Origin: Thermococcus kodakarensis KOD1
GTDB taxonomy: Archaea; Methanobacteriota_B; Thermococci; Thermococcales; Thermococcaceae
Direction: 5' to 3'
Length of the DNA: 32,000 nucleotides
NCBI RefSeq assembly: GCF_000009965.1
Contig: NC_006624.1
Location: 780,001 to 812,000 of the forward strand
In this document: positions 1-10,452 of the stretch, in pieces
How positions within the stretch are numbered: position 1 is the first letter of the stretch
How the letters are laid out: each line of letters begins with the position of its first letter
Notes under the pieces: generated by a model
Databases searched by the model: none
What the model saw: the letters and a program-made list of their open reading frames with translations, nothing else
Told to the model about the DNA's origin: nothing
Program-made: the position numbers and the translations under genes

Positions 1-2
1 AC

Positions 3-254
3 GAAAAGACCGGCAGAAAACGCTTCCTGGTTGCTACAGAACTCATCTCCGGGATCGAAACTGCCTTCCAGCTGACGGGGAAATATGCCCCGGTTGCCAT
101 ATCAGTAGTGGAGCCAGAGATCGTTGATTTGAACCCATCGGAGATCCAGGGTGTTCTTTCCGACCTGGCAGGCTTCGCTCACGAGCTTGTCATAAGGCCG
201 CTAAAGGCCATGGCCATTGAGAAGGCGAACACCTCATTCAAGCTGACTAGATAA
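3..254 (+). CDS. 3' end of a protein-coding gene whose start lies upstream of the window (function unknown)
   Basis: Frame is open from the window edge to TAA at 252-254 (...ISVVEPEIVDLNPSEIQGVLSDLAGFAHELVIRPLKAMAIEKANTSFKLTR*). Codon usage resembles neighbouring genes. T-rich tracts follow at 297-312 and 326-333. No family recognised. Confidence 0.45.
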   Translation, partial: EKTGRKRFLVATELISGIETAFQLTGKYAPVAISVVEPEIVDLNPSEIQGVLSDLAGFAHELVIRPLKAMAIEKANTSFKLTR

Positions 255-355
255 TATCGGCAAAAGGCGAATTATGTGTAGGCATTAGGTTAAGCCTTCT
301 TTTCATTTTTACGGCAATCAGCGAGCTTTTTTTGGCCGCTGAAAGGGTCTGAAAG

Positions 356-370
356 CGAAAAGTATTTAAA
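356..370 (+). promoter_or_regulatory. BRE/TATA promoter of the S-layer gene
   Basis: cgaaaag (356-362, BRE-like) lies directly upstream of tatttaaa (363-370, archaeal TATA consensus). Expected TSS is about 392-396, giving a leader of about 50 nt ending in the strong RBS ggaggtg (431-437) before ATG 445. Confidence 0.6.
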
Positions 371-406
371 CCCCAAGTGGCCAGATAGGTATGACAACAC
401 TTAGTA

Positions 407-420
407 GGGGCTAAAGCCCC
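407..420 (+). promoter_or_regulatory. 5'-UTR hairpin GGGGC-UAAA-GCCCC in the S-layer mRNA leader
   Basis: Perfect 5-bp G/C stem with a 4-nt loop, between the predicted TSS and the RBS. Confidence 0.35.
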
Positions 421-444
421 AACAACCCAAGGAGGTGTTGTGGA

Positions 445-2283
445 ATGAAGGTGAAGAAGATCGCGGCACTCGCAGTCGGTGCCGCTATGGTTGGCGCAAC
501 CCTCGGCTTTGCCAGCGCTACCGAGGTCCCGAACATCCCGAAGGACTTCTTCGTTAAGAACGGAGAGCCCAACGTTAAAATCGTCATTGGAAGCCAGGCC
601 GCTGCTCAGGATGTTGCTTCAGCCGCTGACATAGCCGTTGCCCTTGGTACCCTGCTCTACACCGAGGAGGATGTTAAGGTTAAGGACGCCAGCGTTGTTG
701 TTAAGAAGGACGTCGCCTACGACCCGGCTGACATCCCGGTCTTTGACAACCTCTACAAGGGGAACTACAAGCTTAAGGAGGACCTTAAGGACGTTGAGGG
801 CTGGTGGAATGGCGCCTTCGACAAGGATGACTATCCCGAGTTCACCGTTACTCTCAAGGACTCACCATGGGACGATGGTATCTTTAACAAGGACGACCCG
901 GGATGGGAGGATGTCGGAAAAGTCACTGTATACAACGCCGTAGAGTGGAAGGACGGAAACGACAACAACTACTGGAAGGACCCGAAGGGCAACTGGCACG
1001 ACGCTACCGACGTCAGCATCCACTACACCGTGGCCATAGGCAAGATCGAGCTTAAGGGCTTTGACGAGGTCGACACCACCGACATAGACGAGTTCAGCGA
1101 CTTCACACTCATCGTTGACGACGTGGTCGCCAACGTGAGCTTCAGCCTGAACGCCTACGAGAAGACCCTCAAGGATAAAGTCCTCGGTGCCACTGAAGAG
1201 ACCTACGCCGTCAGTGACGTTAAGCCGAGCAGCTCCTACAGCCTCTACCAGGCCGATGTCATTAAGGGCGTTGAGAAGGGAGACACCATCACCCTCTTCG
1301 GCAAGACCATCAAGGTCCTCGACATAGGCGATGACTACATCGAGTACGGTAACGACTGGGGAGAGAAGTACGTCAACAAGGACGAGGTAGCAACCTTCGG
1401 CGACTATACCATCAAGGTCATCGATATCGACGTCAACAAGGTCAAGGCCCTCTTCGAGGTCTCAGGCCCGGCCGGAAGCAAGATAGTAACCCTCGACACT
1501 GACGACAGAACCGACATAAAGGACTCCGAAACCCTCTTCAACGGAGGCATAAGGATAAAACTCCTCGACACCTTCATTGGTATTGGTGGAACCACCAGCG
1601 CCCTCATCGAGGTCCAGACCGACATCAGCTACATCGAGGACGGCAAGGAGTTCATGCCCGGCTGGATAGCCAAGCTCGGCATAAAGGACGGCAAGCTCGA
1701 GTGGTTCGCCCTCCAGAACAAGGAGGAGCTTGAGGGCAAGGAGGTCAAGCTCTTCGACACCTACAAGGTTGACTACGTCGCCGACATCATGAAGAAGAAG
1801 AACCCTAAAGACGACAAGACCTACGCCGCCATGAGTGCCTACGTTGTCATCGACCCGCTCAAGCCGGAGTACACCACCAAGGAGCTCGGCGTCGGCGACG
1901 AGCTTGAGGGCTGGACAATCGACGACATAAAGGCCACCGCCAGCCCGGCCAAGGCCGCCGTCGTCAGCAAGATAACCACCCCGATAACTGTCCTCGACGA
2001 CGAGATCATCGAAGCCGGCCTCGACAGCGTTGACAGCAACCTCATCCTCGTCGGTGGTCCGGTTGTCAACAAGGTCACCGCCGCCCTTGCCGACAAGCTC
2101 GGCGTCCCGACCACCTACGAGGAGTGGGCTGCTGACGAGAACCTCAAGGCCGGTGTCGTCAAGTACATCGACAACTGCCCGACCATCGGCGGCCACGGCG
2201 TCGTCCTCGTCGCTGGTGCTGACAGGGACGGCACCAAGGCAGCCGCCGAGGCTCTTATGGAGTACCTCGCTGGCCTTCACTGA
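445..2283 (+). CDS. csg: S-layer protein (Methanococcales/Thermococcales S_layer_N/S_layer_C type) with signal peptide
   Basis: N-terminal signal peptide MKVKKIAALAVGAAMVGATLGFASA. Acidic, Thr/Val/Asp-rich 612-aa protein. C-terminal ...LILVGGPVVNKVTAALADKLGV...GVVLVAGADRDGTKAAAEAL is typical of the archaeal S-layer C-terminal domain. Strong promoter and RBS. Confidence 0.85.
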   Translation: MKVKKIAALAVGAAMVGATLGFASATEVPNIPKDFFVKNGEPNVKIVIGSQAAAQDVASAADIAVALGTLLYTEEDVKVKDASVVVKKDVAYDPADIPVFDNLYKGNYKLKEDLKDVEGWWNGAFDKDDYPEFTVTLKDSPWDDGIFNKDDPGWEDVGKVTVYNAVEWKDGNDNNYWKDPKGNWHDATDVSIHYTVAIGKIELKGFDEVDTTDIDEFSDFTLIVDDVVANVSFSLNAYEKTLKDKVLGATEETYAVSDVKPSSSYSLYQADVIKGVEKGDTITLFGKTIKVLDIGDDYIEYGNDWGEKYVNKDEVATFGDYTIKVIDIDVNKVKALFEVSGPAGSKIVTLDTDDRTDIKDSETLFNGGIRIKLLDTFIGIGGTTSALIEVQTDISYIEDGKEFMPGWIAKLGIKDGKLEWFALQNKEELEGKEVKLFDTYKVDYVADIMKKKNPKDDKTYAAMSAYVVIDPLKPEYTTKELGVGDELEGWTIDDIKATASPAKAAVVSKITTPITVLDDEIIEAGLDSVDSNLILVGGPVVNKVTAALADKLGVPTTYEEWAADENLKAGVVKYIDNCPTIGGHGVVLVAGADRDGTKAAAEALMEYLAGLH

Positions 2284-2312
2284 AGGCCTTTCTTCTTCTC
2301 TTTCCTTTAGTT
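2284..2312 (+). terminator. Pyrimidine/T-rich tract downstream of the S-layer gene (possible archaeal intrinsic terminator)
   Basis: aggcctttcttcttctctttcctttagtt immediately follows the stop codon. Archaeal termination typically uses oligo-T runs; these runs are short, so the call is weak. Confidence 0.3.
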
Positions 2313-2335
2313 AGAATTTCTAGGAGGTTGTTGAT

Positions 2336-3115
2336 GTGTCCAGAAGACTCCTTGCTGCCCTAGTTCTTATAATCCTGATTGCTGCTCCTCTAGGTTATCT
2401 AGGATATGGATATTCAAATTATGAGAGTTCAATTCATCCGTCCAAGTCAGCACCTGCTAAAACATACCTGGTTTTCAAACTGCCCGATGGTCGTTATCTC
2501 TCCCTTACCCCCAAGGAGTACGTTAATCTGACACTCCAGGGTTTTAAGCTACCTGCGGGCGCTAAAGGCTACGCAGTAAATGTCACGGGATACGTGACTG
2601 GAATCCCCGAAGTGGACGTAAACGTAACACTAAGAGCACCTTACGAGAAGTTTACCATAATCATCGGCGACACAAACGTCAAGCTATGTTCATCGTCTCC
2701 TGAAGAATTCGTTGGCAGCTGTGTCGAGAGAACTGCCGCAGTATCCGAGATAAGCGCCCTGACTTCAACTCTGTTTAAGAGGTACTACTACTGGAAGGGC
2801 CTTCAGGAGGGCATGGACAACGCCAGTGCCAAGGCCTATGCATATGAAGAGACCCTGAAAAGGCATGACATTAGGTACCTGACGTTCTTCACCAAATCCC
2901 TCATTGGACTTGGGCGTATTGGAAACAGAAAACACCTGGCAGTTGTGTTACTGGGGCCCAACGAAGGAGCTACCACGAACAGAATTACAGTGCCGAGAGA
3001 AGGACTGATAGTACTTGAAGGAAAATCTGACAGTGCCCTCCGCGCTGAAGTAGCACTCATAGAACACATAATCGGATTCAAATGGCCGGAGGGCAACCAG
3101 ACCTCTACAGGGTGA
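2336..3115 (+). CDS. N-terminally membrane-anchored extracellular protein, function unknown
   Basis: GTG start 8 nt after RBS aggaggt (2322-2328). N-terminal TM/signal anchor LLAALVLIILIAAPLGYLGY. Several N-glycosylation sequons (NLT, NVT x2, NAS, NQT). Lies 52 bp downstream of csg. Confidence 0.6.
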   Translation: MSRRLLAALVLIILIAAPLGYLGYGYSNYESSIHPSKSAPAKTYLVFKLPDGRYLSLTPKEYVNLTLQGFKLPAGAKGYAVNVTGYVTGIPEVDVNVTLRAPYEKFTIIIGDTNVKLCSSSPEEFVGSCVERTAAVSEISALTSTLFKRYYYWKGLQEGMDNASAKAYAYEETLKRHDIRYLTFFTKSLIGLGRIGNRKHLAVVLLGPNEGATTNRITVPREGLIVLEGKSDSALRAEVALIEHIIGFKWPEGNQTSTG

Positions 3116-4850
3116 TTAGGTCTTTTAGCACGTTCTTTTTATCCTCTCCAATAACTTCGAAGAACTCTTCTGGAGTCTTAAAGGGACGTTTTGCCAGTAT
3201 TTTCACGGCAGTCTTCTTTCCTATGCCCGGTATGTACTCCAAGACCCTTGGGCTCTCTTCATTCACATTTATCGGCACAGGGATTCCAGTTATGCTCCTG
3301 AACCCGTGATCAACGATTAAAACGTCGTAGAATTTGTTGAGGGGAACCTGCTTGGGCATCCCGACTATGAGTGGGTAACTCCCAATCTGCCTCCCATAGG
3401 TTAAGCCGTTATCAAAGACTTCAGCGCGGACGTCCCTTAGAACAGTTCCCACTGGGACAACACGCCTGAGCATAGGTAGGTCTATCTCGTGCCTTATCTT
3501 GTAGCGGTAGTGCTGGATAAGCTTCTTGTGCTTCTCAACCTTCACTTTATCCCTCATGTGCCACAAAGGTGTTCCTGGAAAAACTACTACCTGGCGGATG
3601 TTTATGCGCCTGACCATCAGACCATCATCCAGGAGTCTTTTCAGGAACTGGAACGTGATTTCGTAGCTCTTTTTGGTCTCTCCTGGCAGACCAAAGATTA
3701 TGTTTATGCCCGGAAGAAGCCATGGCATTCCGTTGTAGCCTCTTCTTCCCCCAATTTCGTTGAGAAGTTTGACCGCCTCGTAGGTCTCCTCAGCTGTGGC
3801 GTTAAGGTTGTTGAGCTTTGCAACCTTTGGGTCGGCGCTCTCCAGTCCGAAGGCGACTACATCCCCGGGAGTGCCGTACTCTATCAGGGCCTTCGCTATT
3901 CTCCTGCTCTCGTCAGGATAGTTTGCTATGACAGCAGGGTTGGCGTTGTCTACATGGAGCGTCTTAACATTCGGAGCGACCGAGCGAATTCCGCGGAAGA
4001 GCTTCTCAACTGCCTCGGGGTTTGGTATAGGGACCCTGCCATCTGGCTTTGCCATGTAGGAGAATATACAGCTCTGCCTGCCTACCCGGAAGTGTCTGAC
4101 ACCAAGGGTATAGAGGGCTTTAACCTCTGCAACGACGTCCTCAACCGACCTGTCTTCCACTCTGCGATACCTGACAGGCTCGGTACAGAAGGAACATCCC
4201 CCAATTCCCATGGCTTTGGGACAGCCGCGTTGGGTTTCAATTTCAACTATAACAAAGTCAGGATAATCGGGAAACTGCTTGACGACTTCTGCTCCGATAA
4301 TTGCATAATCCCTTAATTCTGCATAAGTCCTGAAGCGAAGCGGGTCTGCATCTTTTGGATTGCTCAAGTAGTCAAAGAGAAATGCCTCAAGGTCGCCATA
4401 GACTACGTGGTCAAAAACCTGATGGGCGAGCTGCAGTTCTCTGCTGGTTATCTTAATGCCCCCCATGCTGGCGGAGCCCATGAAAGCAGGCCCGCCGAGG
4501 ATTTTCTCTCCTTTGAACTGAGTGAGAAACCTTGCTACCTCCTCCACGCTCCCGGGGACTGCGGACAGGTACTTTCCAGGAGTGTGGAGACCGCCGATGT
4601 AAACTATGATGTCGGCTTTTTCTAAGATTCCTTTCGTCTTAGGAAAGTTCGGCGTCTTGTTTCGGGTCGCTATCCCCCCCTCACCCAAGAATGTGGCACG
4701 CAAGTCGTCTATTGTGAGGTAGAAAATCGACGCATCTTTCCTGGCCTTCTTTATTGCACCGTAGGCATACCTCGGGTATATACCGAGGTAAGGAGGAACT
4801 CCCAAGCCAGCTGGTTCGTCGGTGTAGCCGTCTATAATAGCGACTATCAT
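3105..4850 (-). CDS. Radical SAM enzyme with N-terminal flavodoxin/B12-like domain and C-terminal helix-hairpin-helix domain
   Basis: Cluster motif RGCPKAMGIGGCSFC (CX8CX2C). N-terminus MIVAIIDGYTDEPAGLGVPPYLG. C-terminal HhH LEYIPGIGKKTAVKILAKRPFKTPEEF. Start moved from 4934 to ATG 4850 because the upstream 28 codons run across the TATA box at 4871-4880. Confidence 0.8.
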   Translation of the reverse strand: MIVAIIDGYTDEPAGLGVPPYLGIYPRYAYGAIKKARKDASIFYLTIDDLRATFLGEGGIATRNKTPNFPKTKGILEKADIIVYIGGLHTPGKYLSAVPGSVEEVARFLTQFKGEKILGGPAFMGSASMGGIKITSRELQLAHQVFDHVVYGDLEAFLFDYLSNPKDADPLRFRTYAELRDYAIIGAEVVKQFPDYPDFVIVEIETQRGCPKAMGIGGCSFCTEPVRYRRVEDRSVEDVVAEVKALYTLGVRHFRVGRQSCIFSYMAKPDGRVPIPNPEAVEKLFRGIRSVAPNVKTLHVDNANPAVIANYPDESRRIAKALIEYGTPGDVVAFGLESADPKVAKLNNLNATAEETYEAVKLLNEIGGRRGYNGMPWLLPGINIIFGLPGETKKSYEITFQFLKRLLDDGLMVRRINIRQVVVFPGTPLWHMRDKVKVEKHKKLIQHYRYKIRHEIDLPMLRRVVPVGTVLRDVRAEVFDNGLTYGRQIGSYPLIVGMPKQVPLNKFYDVLIVDHGFRSITGIPVPINVNEESPRVLEYIPGIGKKTAVKILAKRPFKTPEEFFEVIGEDKKNVLKDLITL

Positions 4851-4870
4851 GTACTCGGGTCGGAGAGAGG

Positions 4871-4880
4871 TTTTAAAAAA
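4871..4880. promoter_or_regulatory. Shared A/T box (TTTTAAAAAA) in the 60-bp divergent intergenic region
   Basis: Near-palindromic ttttaaaaaa lies about 21 nt from ATG 4850 (minus gene, leaderless geometry) and about 31 nt from ATG 4911 (plus gene, short leader with gagggggt). Confidence 0.45.
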
Positions 4881-4910
4881 GCTTGGGTGTTGTAAAGAGT
4901 GTGAGGGGGT

Positions 4911-6845
<1,935 letters not shown>

Positions 6846-6933
6846 AGTCTCTCCCCCAGAAGTTATTCACCTACCAGTTTTTATACTTTCCTCAAGGGAA
6901 AAGAAAAGAAGTCACTCGAGGGGCCGGTATTCG

Positions 6934-7287
6934 TCAACTAACCTTGATAATCTCCTCGGCCTCCTCGGGAGTCGGCATGTACTCCTCCTTCGCGAAGATG
7001 ACGCGGATGTCGAGGTAGTCCTCTGGTAGGATGTCAACGAGCTTTGCGGCTATTCTTTCGTTTATCCAGTCGAAGAGGCCCATAAGCTTCTCCTTAAGTT
7101 CCCTCGCCTGCTCGGGCTTCAGCTTTGCGAAGCGCTCGGCGTGCTCAAGGCTAACCCTGGCCTCGTAGAACATCGGCTCCTCAGGGTTTTCGGCAAGGCC
7201 TTCGGCATGCCTTCTCTCGAGGAGCTCCTTAGCCTCTGCTATGGTAATGTAGTGCTCCTCGAGCTTCTTCCTGCCTATCATAGTCAT
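6934..7287 (-). CDS. rpoF: DNA-directed RNA polymerase subunit F (Rpo4)
   Basis: [24 protein letters not shown]...; size and position after rpl21e. ATGA overlap with the rpl21e stop. The start could instead be ATG 7281. Confidence 0.85.
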
Positions 7288-7580
7288 CCCTTCTGGGGCC
7301 TGAGATGGACGGGGTGTATGAAGAAGGTCTTGACCTTACCGCCGTCGGTTATCTGGACGATGTAGGCGTCTCCGCGCTTGCCGACGACAGTTCCCGTCCT
7401 TCCGTGGAACCTCGGGTCGGGCATGCCCTTGTGGTAGCTCGGCTCGATGACGATGTGAACCTTCTGCCCGACCTCGAACTCCTGGAGGAACCTGGTAAGC
7501 GGGGGAAGGCCCCTTCTCCTCGGGTGCTTGCTGAGCTTGCCCCTCGTCTTCCTCCTGAAGCTGTGCGCCTTCTTAACCAT
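7284..7580 (-). CDS. rpl21e: 50S ribosomal protein L21e
   Basis: [48 protein letters not shown]... Start set at ATG 7580, preceded by gaggtgat. The track ORF start at 7610 adds 10 non-conserved residues. Confidence 0.9.
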
Positions 7581-7730
7581 TTCAATCACCTCACAGGTGT
7601 CTTTAATCACTCAATCCAGCAACTCCCACAGGGAGAGTCCAGTCTTTTCACGAGTTTCCCGGGGTCGCTCTTTTCGCACCAGTTTACCAACTAACCCAAC
7701 CCGGGAATCAGTATTGCCTCTGGTGAAGCG

Positions 7731-7738
7731 TTTATAAA
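7731..7738 (-). promoter_or_regulatory. TATA box (tttataaa) with purine-rich BRE-like gtgaaaaa on the minus strand, far upstream of rpl21e
   Basis: Minus strand reads ggtgaaaaatttataaacgc just downstream of the pus10 stop. Predicted TSS is about 7708, which is the foot of a perfect 8-bp stem (7700-7707 pairing with 7656-7663). Confidence 0.4.
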
Positions 7739-7749
7739 TTTTTCACCAC

Positions 7750-8931
7750 TCAAGAAGAGTCCTCAGATCTCTCCTCATCAAGGACGTTTAGAACATCAAG
7801 CCGCTCACACCACGCCGGCTTGCCGAGAAGGTCGCTGACGCTCGGCTTCGTCCTTCCTTTGTCCCCGGAGATGAGCTCCTTGATGTAGAGGCCGCCGTCT
7901 GTAATGAGCCTCAGCTCGAAATGTTTATCATCGATCCATCTTGCTTCGGCGTAGTGGACTCTCCTCACCCTCACTTTGTCGGCCCTCGCCTTCCTGACTC
8001 TCCAGGGCGTTCTCTGGTGAATCTCAAGTCCAGTGAGCTTTTTGGCAACTTCCTCAGCTTCTTCGGGAGTAACACCTTCCTTCACAAGCACAAGGGCAAG
8101 GTACTCCTTCCTGTGCGGTGTCGAGAGGACTCTCTCAGCTTCGTCTGGGGTGGTGAACCTTAGGTTCAGCACTTCAACCTTTCCGCTTGCGTTGATCTCC
8201 CTCGCTATCTCTTCAAGGTTAATATTTCTCCTCTTCGGGCGCTTTATCTCCAGGATGAAGGGCCTTCCGTTGCCGAGCATCCTAACGTCAACGTCCTCTC
8301 TTCCGGCCCCTTTAAAGACGCACTTCCCTCCGGTTGCCCTTGAAAACGGGCGACAGATTATTGATGCGACGCTCTCTTCGAAGTCCGGGTGCGGTGTCTG
8401 GGGTATTCCACGAAGGAGCTTTCTATAACGACCGTATATGTAGAGGGGGTTTATCTGGAGCTCAATTTTGCCGGAGTAAGGCTCGACTATGAAGACAACG
8501 TCAGGACTTTTTGACGTGTCCTTTCCGGTTGCCCTCCCAAAGGCCTTTCCAAGCTCGCGGTTGAACTCGCGGTTTATCGGCTCGGCGGTTTCTATTCCGA
8601 ACTCATCCCAGATCGCCTTCTCTTTCTCCTTGACCTCATCAGGAAACCTCGAGCCGACGAGAAAAGTCTCAAACTCAACATCTTTCGCTGCTTCCTTCAT
8701 ATTCTCGACAAGCTCAGGGATTCTATCAAAAACATTGTTGCACAGCTCACATTCCTTGGGCTCTTCCACCGGTGGGAGACCATCTTTAGCCCGCTCCATG
8801 TTGAGAACGAACCTTATCGCCTTTCCCCTCTCCTCGTTCGTGCCTTTTCCGAGCTTTGCGAAGAGCCTGCCGAGGCAGTGGTCGCAGAGCTGATACCTCT
8901 CAAGCACTTCACTGGCCTTCTCGACTATCAT
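7750..8931 (-). CDS. pus10: tRNA pseudouridine(54/55) synthase Pus10
   Basis: N-terminal Zn-ribbon CDHC...CELC, THUMP-like middle region, C-terminal catalytic domain (...GREDVDVRMLGNGRPF..., ...YIKELISGD...). 393 aa, typical of archaeal Pus10. Confidence 0.85.
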   Translation of the reverse strand: MIVEKASEVLERYQLCDHCLGRLFAKLGKGTNEERGKAIRFVLNMERAKDGLPPVEEPKECELCNNVFDRIPELVENMKEAAKDVEFETFLVGSRFPDEVKEKEKAIWDEFGIETAEPINREFNRELGKAFGRATGKDTSKSPDVVFIVEPYSGKIELQINPLYIYGRYRKLLRGIPQTPHPDFEESVASIICRPFSRATGGKCVFKGAGREDVDVRMLGNGRPFILEIKRPKRRNINLEEIAREINASGKVEVLNLRFTTPDEAERVLSTPHRKEYLALVLVKEGVTPEEAEEVAKKLTGLEIHQRTPWRVRKARADKVRVRRVHYAEARWIDDKHFELRLITDGGLYIKELISGDKGRTKPSVSDLLGKPAWCERLDVLNVLDEERSEDSS

Positions 8932-8975
8932 GCTCCCACCCTAAAGCTTTTTATTTCCAGCTTCAAACTACCCCC

Positions 8976-9269
8976 ATGCCGACTCGGAGGGAGAGGATAA
9001 TAAGCCTTTTGGAGGAGCGGGATTACTCCCCCAGCGAGCTGGCGAGAGCGCTTGATCTCCACGGGAAGGGATCAGTGAAGATAATCCTCGAAGACCTGAA
9101 GGCGATCCAGAAAATTCTCAAGAGAGATGGGAAAGTTCTTCTGATAAAGCCTGCAGAGTGCAGAAACTGCGGCTTCGTCTTCAAGCCCGAGATAAAAGTC
9201 CCCTCCAGGTGCCCACGCTGTAAGTCCGAGTGGATAGAAGAGCCGAGGTTTAAAATAGAGAGCAAGTAA
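8976..9269 (+). CDS. Transcriptional regulator, HTH domain fused to a C-terminal Zn-ribbon (COG3357-like)
   Basis: MPTRRERIISLLEERDYSPSELARAL... then CRNCG...CPRC. ATG 8976 lies about 21 nt after the A/T box at 8948-8955 (leaderless geometry). The track's upstream extension from 8856 overlaps pus10 and the promoter. Confidence 0.65.
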   Translation: MPTRRERIISLLEERDYSPSELARALDLHGKGSVKIILEDLKAIQKILKRDGKVLLIKPAECRNCGFVFKPEIKVPSRCPRCKSEWIEEPRFKIESK

Positions 9270-9317
9270 GGCCTGTCTTCCAAGTTAGGCTTTTCTGTGG
9301 AATGCAGTCCACGATTA

Positions 9318-9866
9318 TTACCGTATCTTTTCCTGCTTTTTCCTCCCAGTAAACTCGCGGGATATTATGGCGAGGAAAACTGAAATTCCTTCCACAACGA
9401 GCGCACCTGTTATTGCAACAAAAGTTATGCCAAATGCGTTCTCAGCTGTAATGAGACCCATTGCGCCAACAATGGCGAGTCCTGTTATTGCACCACCGAA
9501 GTACTCTGGACCCGAAATAAAAGCATCCAGAAGTGATAATGGTCGGAAAAAGTATGTCGGGAGTGATGAAACCGCCACAACCAGGAGAAGGGCGCTTCCG
9601 GGAATATCCTTATTCCAATAGCTCAAGGCCGCTACCAGAAACACCGCTCCAATGCCTGAGATGTAGGATATCGGAGCCGACAAGAAGTCCTTGGATACCT
9701 TAGTCTCAAAAAGAGTTCCAACGACGATCATCCCGATTAGTATGGTCGTAAGGGATATCCTGGGCGATACTGATTCTTGATACTGAGTGACAATGATAAC
9801 GAACGAAACCAGAGTCCCCATTCCTGAGCCCGTTATGAACCTCTGAACCCTCTTAGTGTTCATCAT
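9318..9866 (-). CDS. Polytopic membrane protein, function unknown
   Basis: 182 aa with about 5 hydrophobic segments. Start overlaps the EndoV stop by 14 nt (operon). Confidence 0.6.
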   Translation of the reverse strand: MMNTKRVQRFITGSGMGTLVSFVIIVTQYQESVSPRISLTTILIGMIVVGTLFETKVSKDFLSAPISYISGIGAVFLVAALSYWNKDIPGSALLLVVAVSSLPTYFFRPLSLLDAFISGPEYFGGAITGLAIVGAMGLITAENAFGITFVAITGALVVEGISVFLAIISREFTGRKKQEKIR

Positions 9867-10452
9867 TTACTCCCCCACTCCAGCTAGTATGGCCCCTTGA
9901 AAGCCTGTCCGCAATTCTCAGCGGTAGCGGATAGCCATTTTTGTTTAAAGTCTTAACTACTTCAACCGCCGAGGGCAGGTCAATGAGGTGTCCAACACTG
10001 ACGTAGGCCTTACCCACCTTCACCCATGAACCCTCTGGAGTGCCCCTCAACAACCGCTTTGAAATTCCAATCGTCGGAATTCCCAGAACAAGGCCGATGT
10101 GCGAGGCCAACCCATATCCCCTTGGATGGGCCCTCCCGTGTCCTTCCACGAGGAGTACGTCTGGTCTCTCCTTCCCGAGGGCAATGAGAACCGGCCTTGT
10201 CTCCCGGAGGAAAAAGAAAGTTGGGATGTACGGAAAGCTCACATCAACTTCAACAACCCTTTGTTTCAGCAGTTCGCAGTCTGGAAAAGAGCAGAGGACG
10301 AAGGCAGCTCTTGCTCTTTCATCTCGATAAGAGACGTCAACTGCCCCTACGGTTTTAATCTTCGAGACTTCCAGCGGCCTTTCAACTATCCTTTCGGCCA
10401 ACTTCCTCTGAACTTCCTCCAGCTTTTTGAAGAGTCCCTCACTCATCCCCAA
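9853..10452 (-). CDS. nfi: Endonuclease V (deoxyinosine/inosine 3' endonuclease)
   Basis: VGAVDVSY..., [36 protein letters not shown] match the EndoV catalytic core. Overlaps the upstream translin-like gene by 8-14 nt. Confidence 0.85.
   Translation of the reverse strand: MGMSEGLFKKLEEVQRKLAERIVERPLEVSKIKTVGAVDVSYRDERARAAFVLCSFPDCELLKQRVVEVDVSFPYIPTFFFLRETRPVLIALGKERPDVLLVEGHGRAHPRGYGLASHIGLVLGIPTIGISKRLLRGTPEGSWVKVGKAYVSVGHLIDLPSAVEVVKTLNKNGYPLPLRIADRLSRGHTSWSGGVNDEH

Noticed and set aside
1462-2280. 272-aa minus-strand ORF, plus other ORFs at 638-943, 1404-1625, 1839-2114 and 2030-2314, inside the S-layer gene
   Set aside because: These are shadow ORFs antisense to, or out of frame with, a clearly real and strongly biased gene. 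The translations are low-complexity (Gly/Val/Leu/Asp or Ser/Thr/Arg/Pro-rich), with no RBS or promoter.
7708-7790. TGATGA in the pus10 3' end paired with CUGA at about 7709-7712 as a C/D sRNA
   Set aside because: The candidate would be about 73 nt long, would span a TATA box, and lacks a credible C' box and terminal stem.
8856-8975. N-terminal extensions proposed by the ORF track: HTH gene from 8856, truA from 25188, UbiD from 27367, radical SAM to 4934, rpl21e to 7610, gatD from 11118, Sm-like from 31368
   Set aside because: The extensions run through TATA boxes or the neighbouring divergent gene and encode non-conserved-looking peptides. Internal ATGs sit at leaderless or RBS-appropriate distances from promoter elements.
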